A stretch of 64,000 nt of DNA. Source: an uncultured Gemmatimonadales bacterium. Lineage in GTDB: Bacteria; Gemmatimonadota; Gemmatimonadetes; Gemmatimonadales; Gemmatimonadaceae. A program made the position numbers and the translations under genes. The stretch spans positions 736,001-800,000 of the forward strand of contig CAVPQB010000004.1 of NCBI GenBank assembly GCA_963707505.1, given 5' to 3'. The notes under the pieces are model-generated. The model was not told the DNA's origin and made no database searches. It saw only the letters and a list, made by a program, of their open reading frames with translations. Below, one piece after another: positions 19,589 through 30,584 of this stretch. The first letter of the stretch is position 1, and each line of letters starts with the position of its first letter.

Positions 19589-22500
19589 TTACCTGGCTGC
19601 TCGAGCCACCGCATTGTGCGTGGCACCGCACGACGGAGCGCTGGGCACTTCGCCGAGTGGGAGTGGCGTCAGCTGAGCGTGCTCCAGTACGCTATTCAGT
19701 TGCGGTATTGTCGTTGTGTGGAGTCTGTGCAGCTCTGTCAGAGCGGCGTCGATCTGTCGACAGTTCGCCTGGACCGCGCCCAGATTGCTCTCGGTTGGCA
19801 GGAGATCGCCGAAGTCGGCGTCTTCGAGGTGCCTCGTCAGGTCGCGATTGGCGAAACCGAACTCGCCATCCGCAAGCTGTGACAGTTGCCTGGACAACGA
19901 TCCGATCGCTGCAGTGACCTCGGGTGCATTCGGCTTGCCGGCGATCCTTGCTTCGTTGGCGGTCAGCGCCTTGCGCATCCGATCGACTACGTAGTAACCG
20001 TCGTAGCTGGTCGCCATCCCGGCAGTAATCACTTTCTCCGATTCGAATTGCGCCGCGAGCTGTTCCTGAGTGACGGGTACGCGCGGATCGTTCCTGAGTG
20101 TGAAGTCCTGCTTGTACGTGTGACCGTCGACTGTCAGCTCGACCGTGTACTTGCCCGGGATGGCCATGATTCCCGGCGGCTGAACGCGCGGCGTATTTCC
20201 CCGTACGGCGTGCCACGTGAGCGTGTACTCGGTGTAGGTGAGCATGTTGCCGGAATAGCCGTACGGCAGCGTCTTGGGGTCCGGATAGCGCAGGTCCCAG
20301 AGCACGCGATGCAGGCCGGCCGTGGTGGGTAATCCTTCCGGAGGTGAGAACCAGTATGTGGGAACGTTCGGCATGAGACTGGGCGGCGGTGCCGTGTTTG
20401 TGTACTGCCGAACCAGGTTCCCGGCCTGGTCCCGAATGGAGATACTTATCGGTCCCGACGCAGCTGTGGCGAGGTGGTAATAAATCATCGCACCTTCTGG
20501 CGCGTTCTCGCCCGCCGGAACTTCGGGCGGCCTCGGCGTATCCTGATCGTTGTCCCAGCGGACACGGTAGGTCGTCTGCGGGGCATACAGATACGGCGCA
20601 CTGCCAGCAGCGATTGCCTGTTCTGCATCGCGGAGAGGCGTGACGTCGTCCATCACCCAGAGGCCGCGGCCGTATGTCGATATCGCTATGTCATTCTCGT
20701 GGATCGCGATGTCGCTTACAACGGTGTGGGGAAGGTTGATCTGAAGCGACTGCCAGTGATTTCCGCTGTCGAACGAAACCCACGCGCCTGTGACCGTACC
20801 AGCATATAACAAGTTCGGCTTGACTGGATCTTCGCGCACCACGCGAACGAGACCTTCGTCTGGCAGGCCGGTAACGATCTTCGTCCAGCTCTTGCCGTAA
20901 TCGGTGGTGCGATAGATGTACGGATGGAGGTCGCCCGGCGCGCCGACCGCAGCGTACGCAGTCCCATCGTTGCTGTGCGAAGCGTCGATGATGTTTATGC
21001 CGGCGCGCGCGGGAAGGCCAGCCGGCGTGACGTCGGTCCAGCTCTTTCCACCATCGCGAGTGAGCTGGATGACGCCGTTGTTGGTGCCAGCCCATATCTC
21101 GCCTTTCGTCAGAGTCGATACGGACAGCGTCTGAATGAAGGCATCGTACCGTCGGAAGCGCGGCGCGGCGGAGCTTGTGTCCAGTGGTGCCCCCGGAGCG
21201 GTGAGATCGGGACTGATCTTGCGAAAATGCCGAGCGCTGTCGTCGGATTGCATCACATACTGCGCCGCGAGATACATGACGCGCGGATCCTGCGGCAGGA
21301 ATACCGTTGGCGGCAGACCACCGAAACGATCTTCCGGCGTCGGAGTGTAAAGCACCGCGACCTGGCCCGTCGTGCGATCGTATCTGCGGAGGGTGTGATA
21401 CCATCCCTGTGTGAATATCCAGCGCGGATTGAGAGGATCCGGCGCGATTGCGCCGCGCTCGAACCCACCGACAGCATACCAGTCGTTTTCACGGATCCGG
21501 CCGTAATCGCTCCGGCTCAGGACACATGCAGTTCCGCTGTCCTGTTGTGATCCACACACCCTGTACGGAAAGTCTCCATCGACGGCGACGTTGTAAAACT
21601 GCCCGTTGGGCATGATGTACCAGGGTGTCCATGTCACGCCGTTGTCGACACTTATGGTGGGTCCCTGATCGGCTCCCATCAACATCCGGCGCGGATTGGA
21701 CGGATCGATCCAGAGGTCTCGATTGTCGTCTCCGCCGGGCGCGCCCTTGTACGAATTGAAAGTGCGTGCGCCATCCAGAGAGCGATACATCGAGGTTCCC
21801 ATGAGATAAACGACGTCCGGATTTTTGGGATCGACGTAAATCCTGCCGCCGGCACTTCCGAGTTCCTTGGTGCCGAGCGTCCATGAGTTGCCGCCGTCGT
21901 CGGAGCGGTAGACTCCACCTGCGTCGCGGCCGGCGCCCTGCGCTTCGGCGTAGACGCGCCTGCCATGGGTTCCGGAAGCAACTGCCATCTCATAGCTCGG
22001 GATCCGCTCTGGAAGCCCTTTACCGCTTACCGGAGTCCACGTGACTCCCTGGTCCACCGACTTGTACATCCCGTTTCCGAGCGGGGCGAGCGCCGCAAGC
22101 TCCGCCGGCGAGACGCCAGTCATCCCGCGCTGAAGCGACGCGTAGATGATCCGTGGATCGGAAGCGTCGAAAGTCATGTTCTTGACGCCGGTGTAGGGGT
22201 CCTTGTACAGCACGCGTTTCCAGGTCGCGCCGCCGTCCGATGTGCGGTAAACGCCACGCGACTCGTTGGCAGGCCCACCGGAAGCGGGCGCTCCGATTGC
22301 GCCCACCAGAACTATGTTGGGGTTCCTGGGGTCGACGATTATCGCGTTTATGTAGCGCGTTTTTTCCAGGCCGATATTGCGCCACGTCTTTCCACCGTCC
22401 GTCGTTTTGTAAACGCCGTTGCCGGATGAAAAGGACCAGCCCGAGGGATCACCCGTGCCGACATAGACCGTGTTTGGACTCGACGGCGCGGCTGCTACGG

Positions 22501-22780
22501 CTCCGATCGAAGCGACGTGGGCATCGTCGAACACGGGAGACCAGACCGTGCCGGCACTGGTCGTTTTCCACACACCGCCCTCTGGTGTCCCGACGTAATA
22601 GGTGGTGGGATCGCCAGGTATTCCCGTCACTGAGGAGATGTTGCCCGCGCGGTACGGACCAATCGATCTCCATTTGAGACCGGCGAGGTAGTCCGGAGCA
22701 ACCTTCTGTGCCAGCGACGGCACCGAGAGTGCCGCAAGCGAGAGAGCCGCGAGCGCGGCAACGATCGGTTTGTACTCCAT
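19589..22780 (-). CDS. Secreted VPS10/BNR (Asp-box) beta-propeller protein
   Basis: Signal peptide, LKWRSIGPYRAG, repeated Asp boxes and GGDDNRDLWIDP. Paralog-like to 5252-8518. Confidence 0.87.
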   Translation of the reverse strand: MEYKPIVAALAALSLAALSVPSLAQKVAPDYLAGLKWRSIGPYRAGNISSVTGIPGDPTTYYVGTPEGGVWKTTSAGTVWSPVFDDAHVASIGAVAAAPSSPNTVYVGTGDPSGWSFSSGNGVYKTTDGGKTWRNIGLEKTRYINAIIVDPRNPNIVLVGAIGAPASGGPANESRGVYRTSDGGATWKRVLYKDPYTGVKNMTFDASDPRIIYASLQRGMTGVSPAELAALAPLGNGMYKSVDQGVTWTPVSGKGLPERIPSYEMAVASGTHGRRVYAEAQGAGRDAGGVYRSDDGGNSWTLGTKELGSAGGRIYVDPKNPDVVYLMGTSMYRSLDGARTFNSYKGAPGGDDNRDLWIDPSNPRRMLMGADQGPTISVDNGVTWTPWYIMPNGQFYNVAVDGDFPYRVCGSQQDSGTACVLSRSDYGRIRENDWYAVGGFERGAIAPDPLNPRWIFTQGWYHTLRRYDRTTGQVAVLYTPTPEDRFGGLPPTVFLPQDPRVMYLAAQYVMQSDDSARHFRKISPDLTAPGAPLDTSSAAPRFRRYDAFIQTLSVSTLTKGEIWAGTNNGVIQLTRDGGKSWTDVTPAGLPARAGINIIDASHSNDGTAYAAVGAPGDLHPYIYRTTDYGKSWTKIVTGLPDEGLVRVVREDPVKPNLLYAGTVTGAWVSFDSGNHWQSLQINLPHTVVSDIAIHENDIAISTYGRGLWVMDDVTPLRDAEQAIAAGSAPYLYAPQTTYRVRWDNDQDTPRPPEVPAGENAPEGAMIYYHLATAASGPISISIRDQAGNLVRQYTNTAPPPSLMPNVPTYWFSPPEGLPTTAGLHRVLWDLRYPDPKTLPYGYSGNMLTYTEYTLTWHAVRGNTPRVQPPGIMAIPGKYTVELTVDGHTYKQDFTLRNDPRVPVTQEQLAAQFESEKVITAGMATSYDGYYVVDRMRKALTANEARIAGKPNAPEVTAAIGSLSRQLSQLADGEFGFANRDLTRHLEDADFGDLLPTESNLGAVQANCRQIDAALTELHRLHTTTIPQLNSVLEHAQLTPLPLGEVPSAPSCGATHNAVARAAR

Positions 22781-23012
22781 GGGCCAACCTCCCGGCGCCG
22801 TGGCGCCGAACGTATTGAAAATGCGACCTCACGAGGTACGGCGCGTTTGGTTGTGCATCGCGTGTAGGCCGGCGCCAGACGCCGCTGCCACAACGTACCC
22901 TTACGGGTCGCCGTATTTAACCGTATTGTATACTGTATCCGAGAATTGGTAAGAGGCGATATTCGCGAATTAGTCGCCAGAGCCGTTGAACGCTGGTCCA
23001 ACCCCAGGCCCG

Positions 23013-24672
23013 ATGACTGTGAAACTGGCATTTGTGGGAATGCTCGCGCTCGCGACAGCATGCTCGCCCAGGAGCGAGACGCGAGCTACTCAACGCACCC
23101 AGTATGCGGATCTCGTAGCGCTGTTCCATGACTGGCGCACGTTTCGAGCAGCCAAAAATCGTCGACGGCGCGCCGGATTACTCCGTGGCGGCGATGACTG
23201 CGCAGCACGCCGAGCTCGGACGTTACCAGCGTCGCCTCGCCGACATGGATACCACTGGCTGGACCACTCCACAGCAAGTGGATTACAACATCGTCCGCGC
23301 GGAGATGAACGGGCTGGACTTCAGTCACCGCGTGCTGAGGCCCTGGGCGAGAAACCCATCCTTCTACGTCTATTACTTCCCGTCACGAAGCGATCAGCCG
23401 GCGCGCGAAGGCACCGTAGTATCAGGTGCGATCGAGATGTGGATGTACACGTTCCCGTTGTCGCCGGCGAGCGCTGACAGCCTTGCAGCGCGGTTGCGAA
23501 CGATTCCGAAACTGCTCAAGGCAGCTCGGGTCAACCTCGACGGCAATGCGAAGGATCTGTGGAATTACGGCATTGCCGACATCAGGGCGCAGAGTCGCGC
23601 GCTCGCAGCGCTGTCCGCAAGGGTCGCGACGACCAACCCCGGCGTCGACTCAGCGGCGCAACAGGCTCGCACCGCGACCGACGAATTCGCCACATGGCTG
23701 GAACAGCAGGCGCCATCGAAGACGGGTCCGTCCGGAGTCGGAGTCGACAACTACAACTGGTATCTGAAGAACGTCCAGCTCGTGCCGTACACCTGGGACG
23801 AGGAAGAAGTCCTGATGCGTAGAGAGCTTGCGCGTTCGCGCGCCTCGCTCAAGCTCGAGGAAGACAGGAACCGCAAGCTTCCGCCCCTTGTTCCCATCTC
23901 GGATTCGGCGACCTACGTCAATCGCTTCAACGCCGGCGTAACCGAGTACATGAACTTCCTGCGTGATCACGACATTCTTACGGTCCAGCCTTACATGGAT
24001 CCGGCACTACGTGCAAGAATCGGTCGCTTTCATCCAGCGGACAAGCCGCGCGAATTCTTCGATGAGGTCTCTTACCGCGATCCAATGATCATGCTCACGC
24101 ATGACTTTCACTGGTTCGACCTCGCCAGAATGGCGGCACAGCCTCATCCGGATCCGATCAGGCGCGATGCACTGCTCTACAACACATTCGTCACACGCAC
24201 CGAAGGATTCGCGACTGCATTCGAAGAGATGATGGCGCGAGAGGGCTTCGTCGACACGCATCCCCGGTCGAACGAGCTCATCTACGTGCTGGTCGCCGAG
24301 CGCGCAGCACGAGCACTTGGCGATCTGCATCTGCAGAGTAATGACTTCACCATGGATCAGGCCAGGAAGTTCGCTTCCGAGTGGACGCCGCGGGGCTGGC
24401 TGCGAGTGGATGGCGAGACGGTCACCGGTGAACAGCACCTGTATCTGCAGCAACCCGCGTATGGAACCAGTTACATCATGGGCAAGATCCAGTTCGATGA
24501 GCTACTCGACGAACGCGCCAGGCAGCTTGGCGATGCATACTCGACCAGGCGCTTCATGGACGAGTTCAACGACGCCGGATTGATACCAATGTCGCTCATT
24601 CGCTGGGAGCTCACCGGCAACACCGATCAGATCAAGGCAATGACACGGCCTGACTCGGCCCGGTCGCATTAA
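23013..24672 (+). pseudogene. DUF885-like lipoprotein, split by a +1 frameshift near 23142-23145 (real or sequencing error)
   Basis: The frame from ATG 23013 gives a lipoprotein signal (LALATAC) and YADLVALFHDWRTF. The body (EQPKIVDGAPDY...TEGFATAFEEM...QPAYGTSYIMGK) continues in another frame. ACG TTT C GAG contains one extra T. Confidence 0.7.
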
Positions 24673-24724
24673 CGTGTCGAGCCGCTGGGTAGCAACGCAA
24701 TATCTCAACAGAATGGAGATTCGC

Positions 24725-26197
24725 ATGAAATTTGGGACGCATGGACTCGAGCGTATGCGGAACGTGTGCAGCAACACGGCAGTCGCAACACTCGCATTGC
24801 TCTGCCTGTCATCGAGCTTGCAGTCACAACCGGTAATCGGCCGCATCTTTCCCGCGAGTGAGTTTGCGGCGCGCCGAGCAGCTGTCATGAAGTCGATCGG
24901 GGATGGACTCGCGATCATTCAGGGCACCACGGAGCGCCCCGGCGAGCAACCATTACGCCAGAACAACGAATTCTATTATCTGACCGGAGTCATCGAGCCT
25001 CGAGCGATCCTGATGATCGACGGACGCACGAAAAAGTCTACGCTGTTCCTGAGCCCGACCAACGAGAAGCGCGAGCTTTCCATGTTTGGGCCATCGCTCA
25101 TACCCGGCGATTCCGCGGAGAAGGATAGCGGCATCGAGTCCGTTGTGGAGCGGGACAAGTTCGGACCCGCGCTCATCGCGGCAGGGACTGCGGGAAGGCA
25201 GATCTTCACGCCGTTCCGCGCGGAAGTGCTCGGAAGCGCGTCGGCTGCCGACCCGGTTGCACTGGCTCGCGCAACCAAGGCCGATCCGTGGGACGGTCGC
25301 GAGTCGCGCGAGGAAGCATTCCAGCAGAAGATGAAGGCGGCGGCACCGTCGATCGAGATCAAGAACCTCGATCCGATCATCGACACTCTCCGGGCGATCA
25401 AGAGTCCGCGCGAGATCGAGATCATTCGCGAAGCGACCAACATCGCCGGCCTCGGCATCATGGAAGCCATGCGTGACGCCAAACCTGGCATGCACGAGTA
25501 CGAGCTACAGGCGGATGCGGAGTTCGTGTTCAAGAAGCACGGTTCCTATGGGCCGGCCTACTTCGCACTCATCGCGACGGGAAAGAACACGTACTACACC
25601 CACTACCACAAGGACACCGCCATATTGCGGGATGGCGATCTGGTGCAGTTCGACTACGCGCCGGACTACAACTACTACACGTCGGATGTCACGCGCATCT
25701 TTCCGGCGAACGGGAAGTTCACAGCCCGACAGAAGGAGATGTACAACATCTACCTCCGGCTGTATCAGGCGCTCATGACGTCGATCAAGCCGTACGTCTC
25801 CGCCAACGACATTGCGCAGGAAGCGGTCGGCAAGATGGAGAAGATCGTCGCCAACTACAAGTTCAGCGACAGCAAGATCAAGGATGCGGCGAACTCGTTC
25901 ATCGACCTCTACCGCGGAAAAACAGTACGCGCCCTTGGTCATACTGTCGGAATGTCGGTCCACGACACGCCGTATGCGGGCGCGACTCTCCAGCCCGGCG
26001 AGATCTTCACCATCGAGCCGGAGATGAGGATTCCCGACGAGCATCTCGGATTCCGTCTCGAAGACATGCTGCTGATCACCAAGACGGGATACGTGAACAT
26101 GTCCGGATTCGTGCCAGTTGAAGTCGCCGACATCGAGAAGTTGATGGCGCAGCGTGGTCTGAGCGACGTCGCGCTCAAGCTCCCAGCAGCAAAATGA
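24725..26197 (+). CDS. Xaa-Pro aminopeptidase (M24), probably exported
   Basis: AMP_N region (RQNNEFYYLTG). Metal ligands D/D (FDYAPDYNYYTSD), H (GHTVG), E (TIEP) and E (RLED). Hydrophobic N-terminus. Confidence 0.9.
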   Translation: MKFGTHGLERMRNVCSNTAVATLALLCLSSSLQSQPVIGRIFPASEFAARRAAVMKSIGDGLAIIQGTTERPGEQPLRQNNEFYYLTGVIEPRAILMIDGRTKKSTLFLSPTNEKRELSMFGPSLIPGDSAEKDSGIESVVERDKFGPALIAAGTAGRQIFTPFRAEVLGSASAADPVALARATKADPWDGRESREEAFQQKMKAAAPSIEIKNLDPIIDTLRAIKSPREIEIIREATNIAGLGIMEAMRDAKPGMHEYELQADAEFVFKKHGSYGPAYFALIATGKNTYYTHYHKDTAILRDGDLVQFDYAPDYNYYTSDVTRIFPANGKFTARQKEMYNIYLRLYQALMTSIKPYVSANDIAQEAVGKMEKIVANYKFSDSKIKDAANSFIDLYRGKTVRALGHTVGMSVHDTPYAGATLQPGEIFTIEPEMRIPDEHLGFRLEDMLLITKTGYVNMSGFVPVEVADIEKLMAQRGLSDVALKLPAAK

Positions 26198-26300
26198 AAC
26201 GGTAGGATCGCAGAGTTTGGTGCGTTATGAACCCACTTCAATTATCGAGCAAGCCTTGACGCTCACTAAAAGCATTTCAAATCGAATCACCCTTTCGGTC

Positions 26301-28163
26301 ATGACGGCCGGACTGCTGGGCGCAGTCGTTGCAACCGCAGTCGTGCGCCGCCAAAAGCCACACGCCGCGGCCGGCCTGGACACTCACGCAACCGTACATC
26401 GCGCGGTAGCGCACGACGTCTCCGGTGTGCTGAGCGCCAACAACTACCGTCCGTCCCGATTGGAAGAGAGCGGTGATCCTGATGACATTCCGCCCAACGC
26501 AGTGGCGCCCGACCCGGGCGGCGAGCGTGAGATCGCAGACACGACGATAGTGCCGGCGCCGATCGTGATTCCGAAAGGTGGTGAGAAGGTAGAGCAGCAC
26601 GGCCAGGGAACGCGATCGGCACCCGTGCTCTTCGCAAGCTTTGGCGGCCTCGGCGCCGACTTCGTCGGACCGCAAGGCAATGCTGTGATGCGGAGTCCTG
26701 CTGACAACAGTCTCGCAGTGGGGCGCGATTACATCGTTCAGCTCGTCAATTCACGAATGGCGATCTACACAAAGAAGGGTGCACTGTTCGACACGACCGG
26801 CAAGGTGTTGTACGGGCCGGTGGAGACGAACAACATCTTCAAGGGATTTGGCGGTGCTTGCGAGGCGCACAACAACGGCGATGCGGTCGTACGCTACGAT
26901 CAGCTTGCCGATCGCTGGCTGATAGTGATGCCCATCTTCACCAGGTTGCCGCGCCGCGCGGTCGAACCAGTAGCTCCCAAGGCGGGAGATCCGGCGGATC
27001 TGAGCCAGAAGGGACAGGCAGGACAGCCTGGCAAGGCTGTCGAGCTCTATCAGCCACCGCAGGCGCACCCGACTGAACTTCCTGCAGAAGGTCCACAGAG
27101 ACGTCGTCCAGCCACGCGACCGCCGGCAGACAGCGGTGGTTATGCGATGTGTTACGCCGTGAGCACCACGTCGAGCCCATTCGGTCCTTACTATCGCTAC
27201 GAGTTCGCGCGTCCGCTCTTTCCCGATTATCCGCGTCCAGCGATCTGGCCGGACGGATATTATGTCCCGACGAGCACCGGCGACGCTGTAATCCAGAAGC
27301 ACGCATGTGTCGCAGACCGAGCCAGGATGTTGAAGGGCGAGGATGCGACGGAGCAGTGCATGATCGTCGACGATGTGAGCTTCCTCAACAACGCCGACGT
27401 GGATGGAACGCAGCTTCCGCCAGCCGGCGCGCCGAATATCGTGATGGCGACGGGTGGAACTCAGCTCAAGAAGATCTTCGAGGACGACGGGATTTACGTC
27501 TGGAAGTACCACGTCGACTGGAACGATCCATCACGCACCACGCTCACGGGCCCGGAGAAGATCACGGTCGCGCCTTATCACTTTCTCTGCAACGGACAAC
27601 TCACGAATTGCGTTCCACAACCGGGAACCGACCATCGCATCGATGCCCAGGGTGACAAGCTCATGACGCGCCTCGTGTATCGGCGCATCGGTAACCAGGA
27701 GTCGATCGTCGGCGTTCATTCCATCAACACCGCGCTCCGCGGCGGTGGTGTACGCTGGTATGAATTCCGTCTCGACAAGAGCCGCAACGTCAGCCTGTAT
27801 CAACAGGGCACGTTCGCGCCGGACTCCCTATATCGATGGATGCCGAGTCCGGCGATGGACAAGAACGGCAACATCGGAATCGGCTACTCATTCGGTGGGA
27901 AGACGGACTTCGTCGGTCAGCGTTTCGCAGGGCGATTGGCAGGCGATCCGAAGGGAAAGCTGACGTTGCGCGAGACGACGCTTGTCGATGGCGAGGCGGC
28001 GCAGGAATCGACGTTACGCTGGGAAGACTACACCCAGACGGCAATGGATCCGAGCGACGACTGCACGATCTGGTACGTTGGCGACTATCTGCTGAAGGGC
28101 GAGACGCGCTACTCGACCAGGATCGGCGCATTCCGCATGCCGGGGTGTGGCGGAGGCAGATAG
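26301..28163 (+). CDS. Uncharacterised secreted protein (start uncertain, 26217-26301)
   Basis: Long ORF with a hydrophobic N-terminus and motifs DNSLAVG..YIVQ.VN, YDQLADRW, DYPRPAIWPDGYY and RWEDY. Several Cys. Confidence 0.7.
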   Translation: MTAGLLGAVVATAVVRRQKPHAAAGLDTHATVHRAVAHDVSGVLSANNYRPSRLEESGDPDDIPPNAVAPDPGGEREIADTTIVPAPIVIPKGGEKVEQHGQGTRSAPVLFASFGGLGADFVGPQGNAVMRSPADNSLAVGRDYIVQLVNSRMAIYTKKGALFDTTGKVLYGPVETNNIFKGFGGACEAHNNGDAVVRYDQLADRWLIVMPIFTRLPRRAVEPVAPKAGDPADLSQKGQAGQPGKAVELYQPPQAHPTELPAEGPQRRRPATRPPADSGGYAMCYAVSTTSSPFGPYYRYEFARPLFPDYPRPAIWPDGYYVPTSTGDAVIQKHACVADRARMLKGEDATEQCMIVDDVSFLNNADVDGTQLPPAGAPNIVMATGGTQLKKIFEDDGIYVWKYHVDWNDPSRTTLTGPEKITVAPYHFLCNGQLTNCVPQPGTDHRIDAQGDKLMTRLVYRRIGNQESIVGVHSINTALRGGGVRWYEFRLDKSRNVSLYQQGTFAPDSLYRWMPSPAMDKNGNIGIGYSFGGKTDFVGQRFAGRLAGDPKGKLTLRETTLVDGEAAQESTLRWEDYTQTAMDPSDDCTIWYVGDYLLKGETRYSTRIGAFRMPGCGGGR

Positions 28164-28175
28164 TAGATTCCGCAC

Positions 28176-29150
28176 ATGCGACGTACGCCGTACGAGTTGA
28201 CTGCGTGCCCGGTGTGTGGATCGACGCAAAGCATTGAAATCGCGGATCACGACGCAATCCAGCGGGAGCGCGAGCGGTTGTGGGAGTTTCACGACCGCCG
28301 CCTCCGCGATGGAATCCCGCCCGAGCGTCTGATGGACCGCGTCACGTTCTCGCAGGAGGCACCATTGCGGCTGGTCCGCTGTGCGGCCTGCGCGCACGTG
28401 TATCGCAATCCCATCGAGCGCGAGAAAGCGCTTCTCGCGGACTACAAGGGCAACGGCCCGAGCGACGCCGTATTGCGCAAGTTGTTCGACACGCAGCGCG
28501 AGACCTACACCGCGCAGGTGCGACGACTCAAGGACGTCGCCGGCGAGAGCGGCCGCGGACTCGAGGTCGGGAGCTATGCAGGCGGCTTTCTTGCCGCAGC
28601 ACGGGATGGCGGATGGGATTTCGAGGGCGCCGACATCAGCGCGCGCGCAGCCGCGTTCGCGGAGCAAAACGGTCTCGTCGTCACGGTTGGTGGAATCACC
28701 GACGTCGTCGCGACGCGCCCCCTCGACGCAATCGCGATCTGGAATACGTTCGAGCAGATGTATGATTGCCGTGCCGCCGTGGCAGCGGCGCACAGCTTAC
28801 TCCGGAAGGACGGCATCTTCGTCGTGCGCGTTCCGAATGCCCATTTCTACGAACGGTGGCGTGCCAGGCTGGATGGACCGGCCGCGGGACTCGCGGAACG
28901 CCTGTTAGTGCACAACAATCTGCTGGCCTTTCCGTATCGACAGGGCTTCAGCCGGCGGTCGCTCACTCGCCTGTTGTCGGAAAACAGCTTTGAGACCGTT
29001 CGCATCGTCGGTGATACGCTCGCGGCGATCTCCGATGAATGGACTACGACGCTGGGTCGCACGGAAGAGCGCGTCGTCAAGCGAGCGGAGCGATTGCTTC
29101 AGCACGGGTGGCACGCCCCGTGGGTCGAGGTTTACGCCCGCGCGGCGTGA
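28176..29150 (+). CDS. Class I SAM-dependent methyltransferase with N-terminal CxxC...CxxC
   Basis: CPVC and CAAC; motif I LEVGSYAGGF; LLRKDGIFVVRVPN. Confidence 0.85.
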   Translation: MRRTPYELTACPVCGSTQSIEIADHDAIQRERERLWEFHDRRLRDGIPPERLMDRVTFSQEAPLRLVRCAACAHVYRNPIEREKALLADYKGNGPSDAVLRKLFDTQRETYTAQVRRLKDVAGESGRGLEVGSYAGGFLAAARDGGWDFEGADISARAAAFAEQNGLVVTVGGITDVVATRPLDAIAIWNTFEQMYDCRAAVAAAHSLLRKDGIFVVRVPNAHFYERWRARLDGPAAGLAERLLVHNNLLAFPYRQGFSRRSLTRLLSENSFETVRIVGDTLAAISDEWTTTLGRTEERVVKRAERLLQHGWHAPWVEVYARAA

Positions 29151-29168
29151 CTGGCTACGGATCGATCG

Positions 29169-30584
29169 TCACGCCGCCACTCCGGCGTCATTGCTGAATT
29201 GCATCACCGGAAGCCTGACGGTGAAGCAGGCGCCGTGACCCGAATCATTGGCGGAGATGGTTCCGCCGTGCCTCGTCACGATGTCGGCTACCATCCAGAG
29301 TCCGAGGCCGGTGCCCTTGCCACTGGGCTTCGTCGTGAAGAATCGCTCGAAGACACGCTCCGCGGCACCGGGTGCGAATCCAGGTCCGCTGTCCTCGACT
29401 GACAGAACTGCTGTAGCGCCTTCTTCCACGACACGAATCCGAATTACGCGGTCACTGCTTTGCGACTCCATCGCCTGCGTCGCGTTGATGATCAGATTGA
29501 TGAGCATTCGCTCCAGTGCGCTTGCATCGCCGTTCACCGAGATTGCAGGGGTTTCTCGATCCCTCTCGATCGTGACGCGCCGCTCGCGCAACAACGAACG
29601 AAGTGTAGCGACGCTTCTCGTGATCACATCTCCCAGCAGCACCGGAGCGGGCTCCGTCTCTCCCTTGCGTGCAAAAGCAAGCAGATCGTGCAGGGCGGTT
29701 GCGGTGCGCCGCGCGTCGTCTGCAATCGCTGTTGCTTCCTCGCGATCCGCTGGATCGGCGAGACCGCGGCCGAGCATTTCAGCAGACAGGGCGATCGCTG
29801 TGAGCGGGCTGTTCACCTCGTGCGCAACGCACGCGGCAAGGGTTCCGAGTGCGGCAAGCTTGTCAGCTTCCTGCAGGCGAATAGATAGCTCCCGCTGTTC
29901 CGTATTGCGCACGATCTGGGCGGCGAGTGCACGTCTGAGAACGTGCTCATGCCACGCGCTGACGTACGTCGCGACAACTCCGGCAGCGGCGAGGAGCACG
30001 AGCTTCATGCCCTCGTCGAGGATGGCCACGTTCGCCGATCCCGCTGCGGTGATCGGATCAGACCAGAGCGTAACATGCGCGGATTGCACGAGAATCAACA
30101 GCGCGCCAACGTATTCACCGGTGATGCACGCAGCCGTGATTCCGGTGGAGCGTGCCGACCCCATGATTGGGCGCGCCGCCAGGATGGCGAAATACACGAG
30201 CGTGATCGGCGCCTTGAGCGCGACGGAAGGGGAGCCGAGCAGTCCGTAGCACAGGATGATCGCTGTAACGGCGCTGGCGTCGATGATCGGGGCGATTGCG
30301 GAGAGCCAGTGCGGATAGGTGCCATCGCGCTTGCGGCCCAGTGATGCGAGAACGACGGACCACAACAGCATGGGCGCCAGGACTGCGGCGTTGGCTCCGC
30401 GGAGAGGGCGCGGCAGCGCAGTGGAGTAGGCGAGCGCCGCGACGGTCAGTACGACGACTATCACCAGCCGCAGCACATTCAGCAGCCGCTCGGCCCGCGC
30501 TCGCTCGGCGCCGAGCAGAAATGCGAGCTCCTCATTGTCGGAGCGGGTCGGTGCGATCATGGGAGCTGGCGCTGTGGCGGGCAT
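29169..30584 (-). CDS. Membrane-bound sensor histidine kinase (start uncertain, 30560-30665)
   Basis: About 6 TM segments, KLAALGTLAACVAHEVNSPL, NLIINATQAM, DSGPG and FFTTKPSGKGTGLGL. Confidence 0.88.
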   Translation of the reverse strand: MPATAPAPMIAPTRSDNEELAFLLGAERARAERLLNVLRLVIVVVLTVAALAYSTALPRPLRGANAAVLAPMLLWSVVLASLGRKRDGTYPHWLSAIAPIIDASAVTAIILCYGLLGSPSVALKAPITLVYFAILAARPIMGSARSTGITAACITGEYVGALLILVQSAHVTLWSDPITAAGSANVAILDEGMKLVLLAAAGVVATYVSAWHEHVLRRALAAQIVRNTEQRELSIRLQEADKLAALGTLAACVAHEVNSPLTAIALSAEMLGRGLADPADREEATAIADDARRTATALHDLLAFARKGETEPAPVLLGDVITRSVATLRSLLRERRVTIERDRETPAISVNGDASALERMLINLIINATQAMESQSSDRVIRIRVVEEGATAVLSVEDSGPGFAPGAAERVFERFFTTKPSGKGTGLGLWMVADIVTRHGGTISANDSGHGACFTVRLPVMQFSNDAGVAA

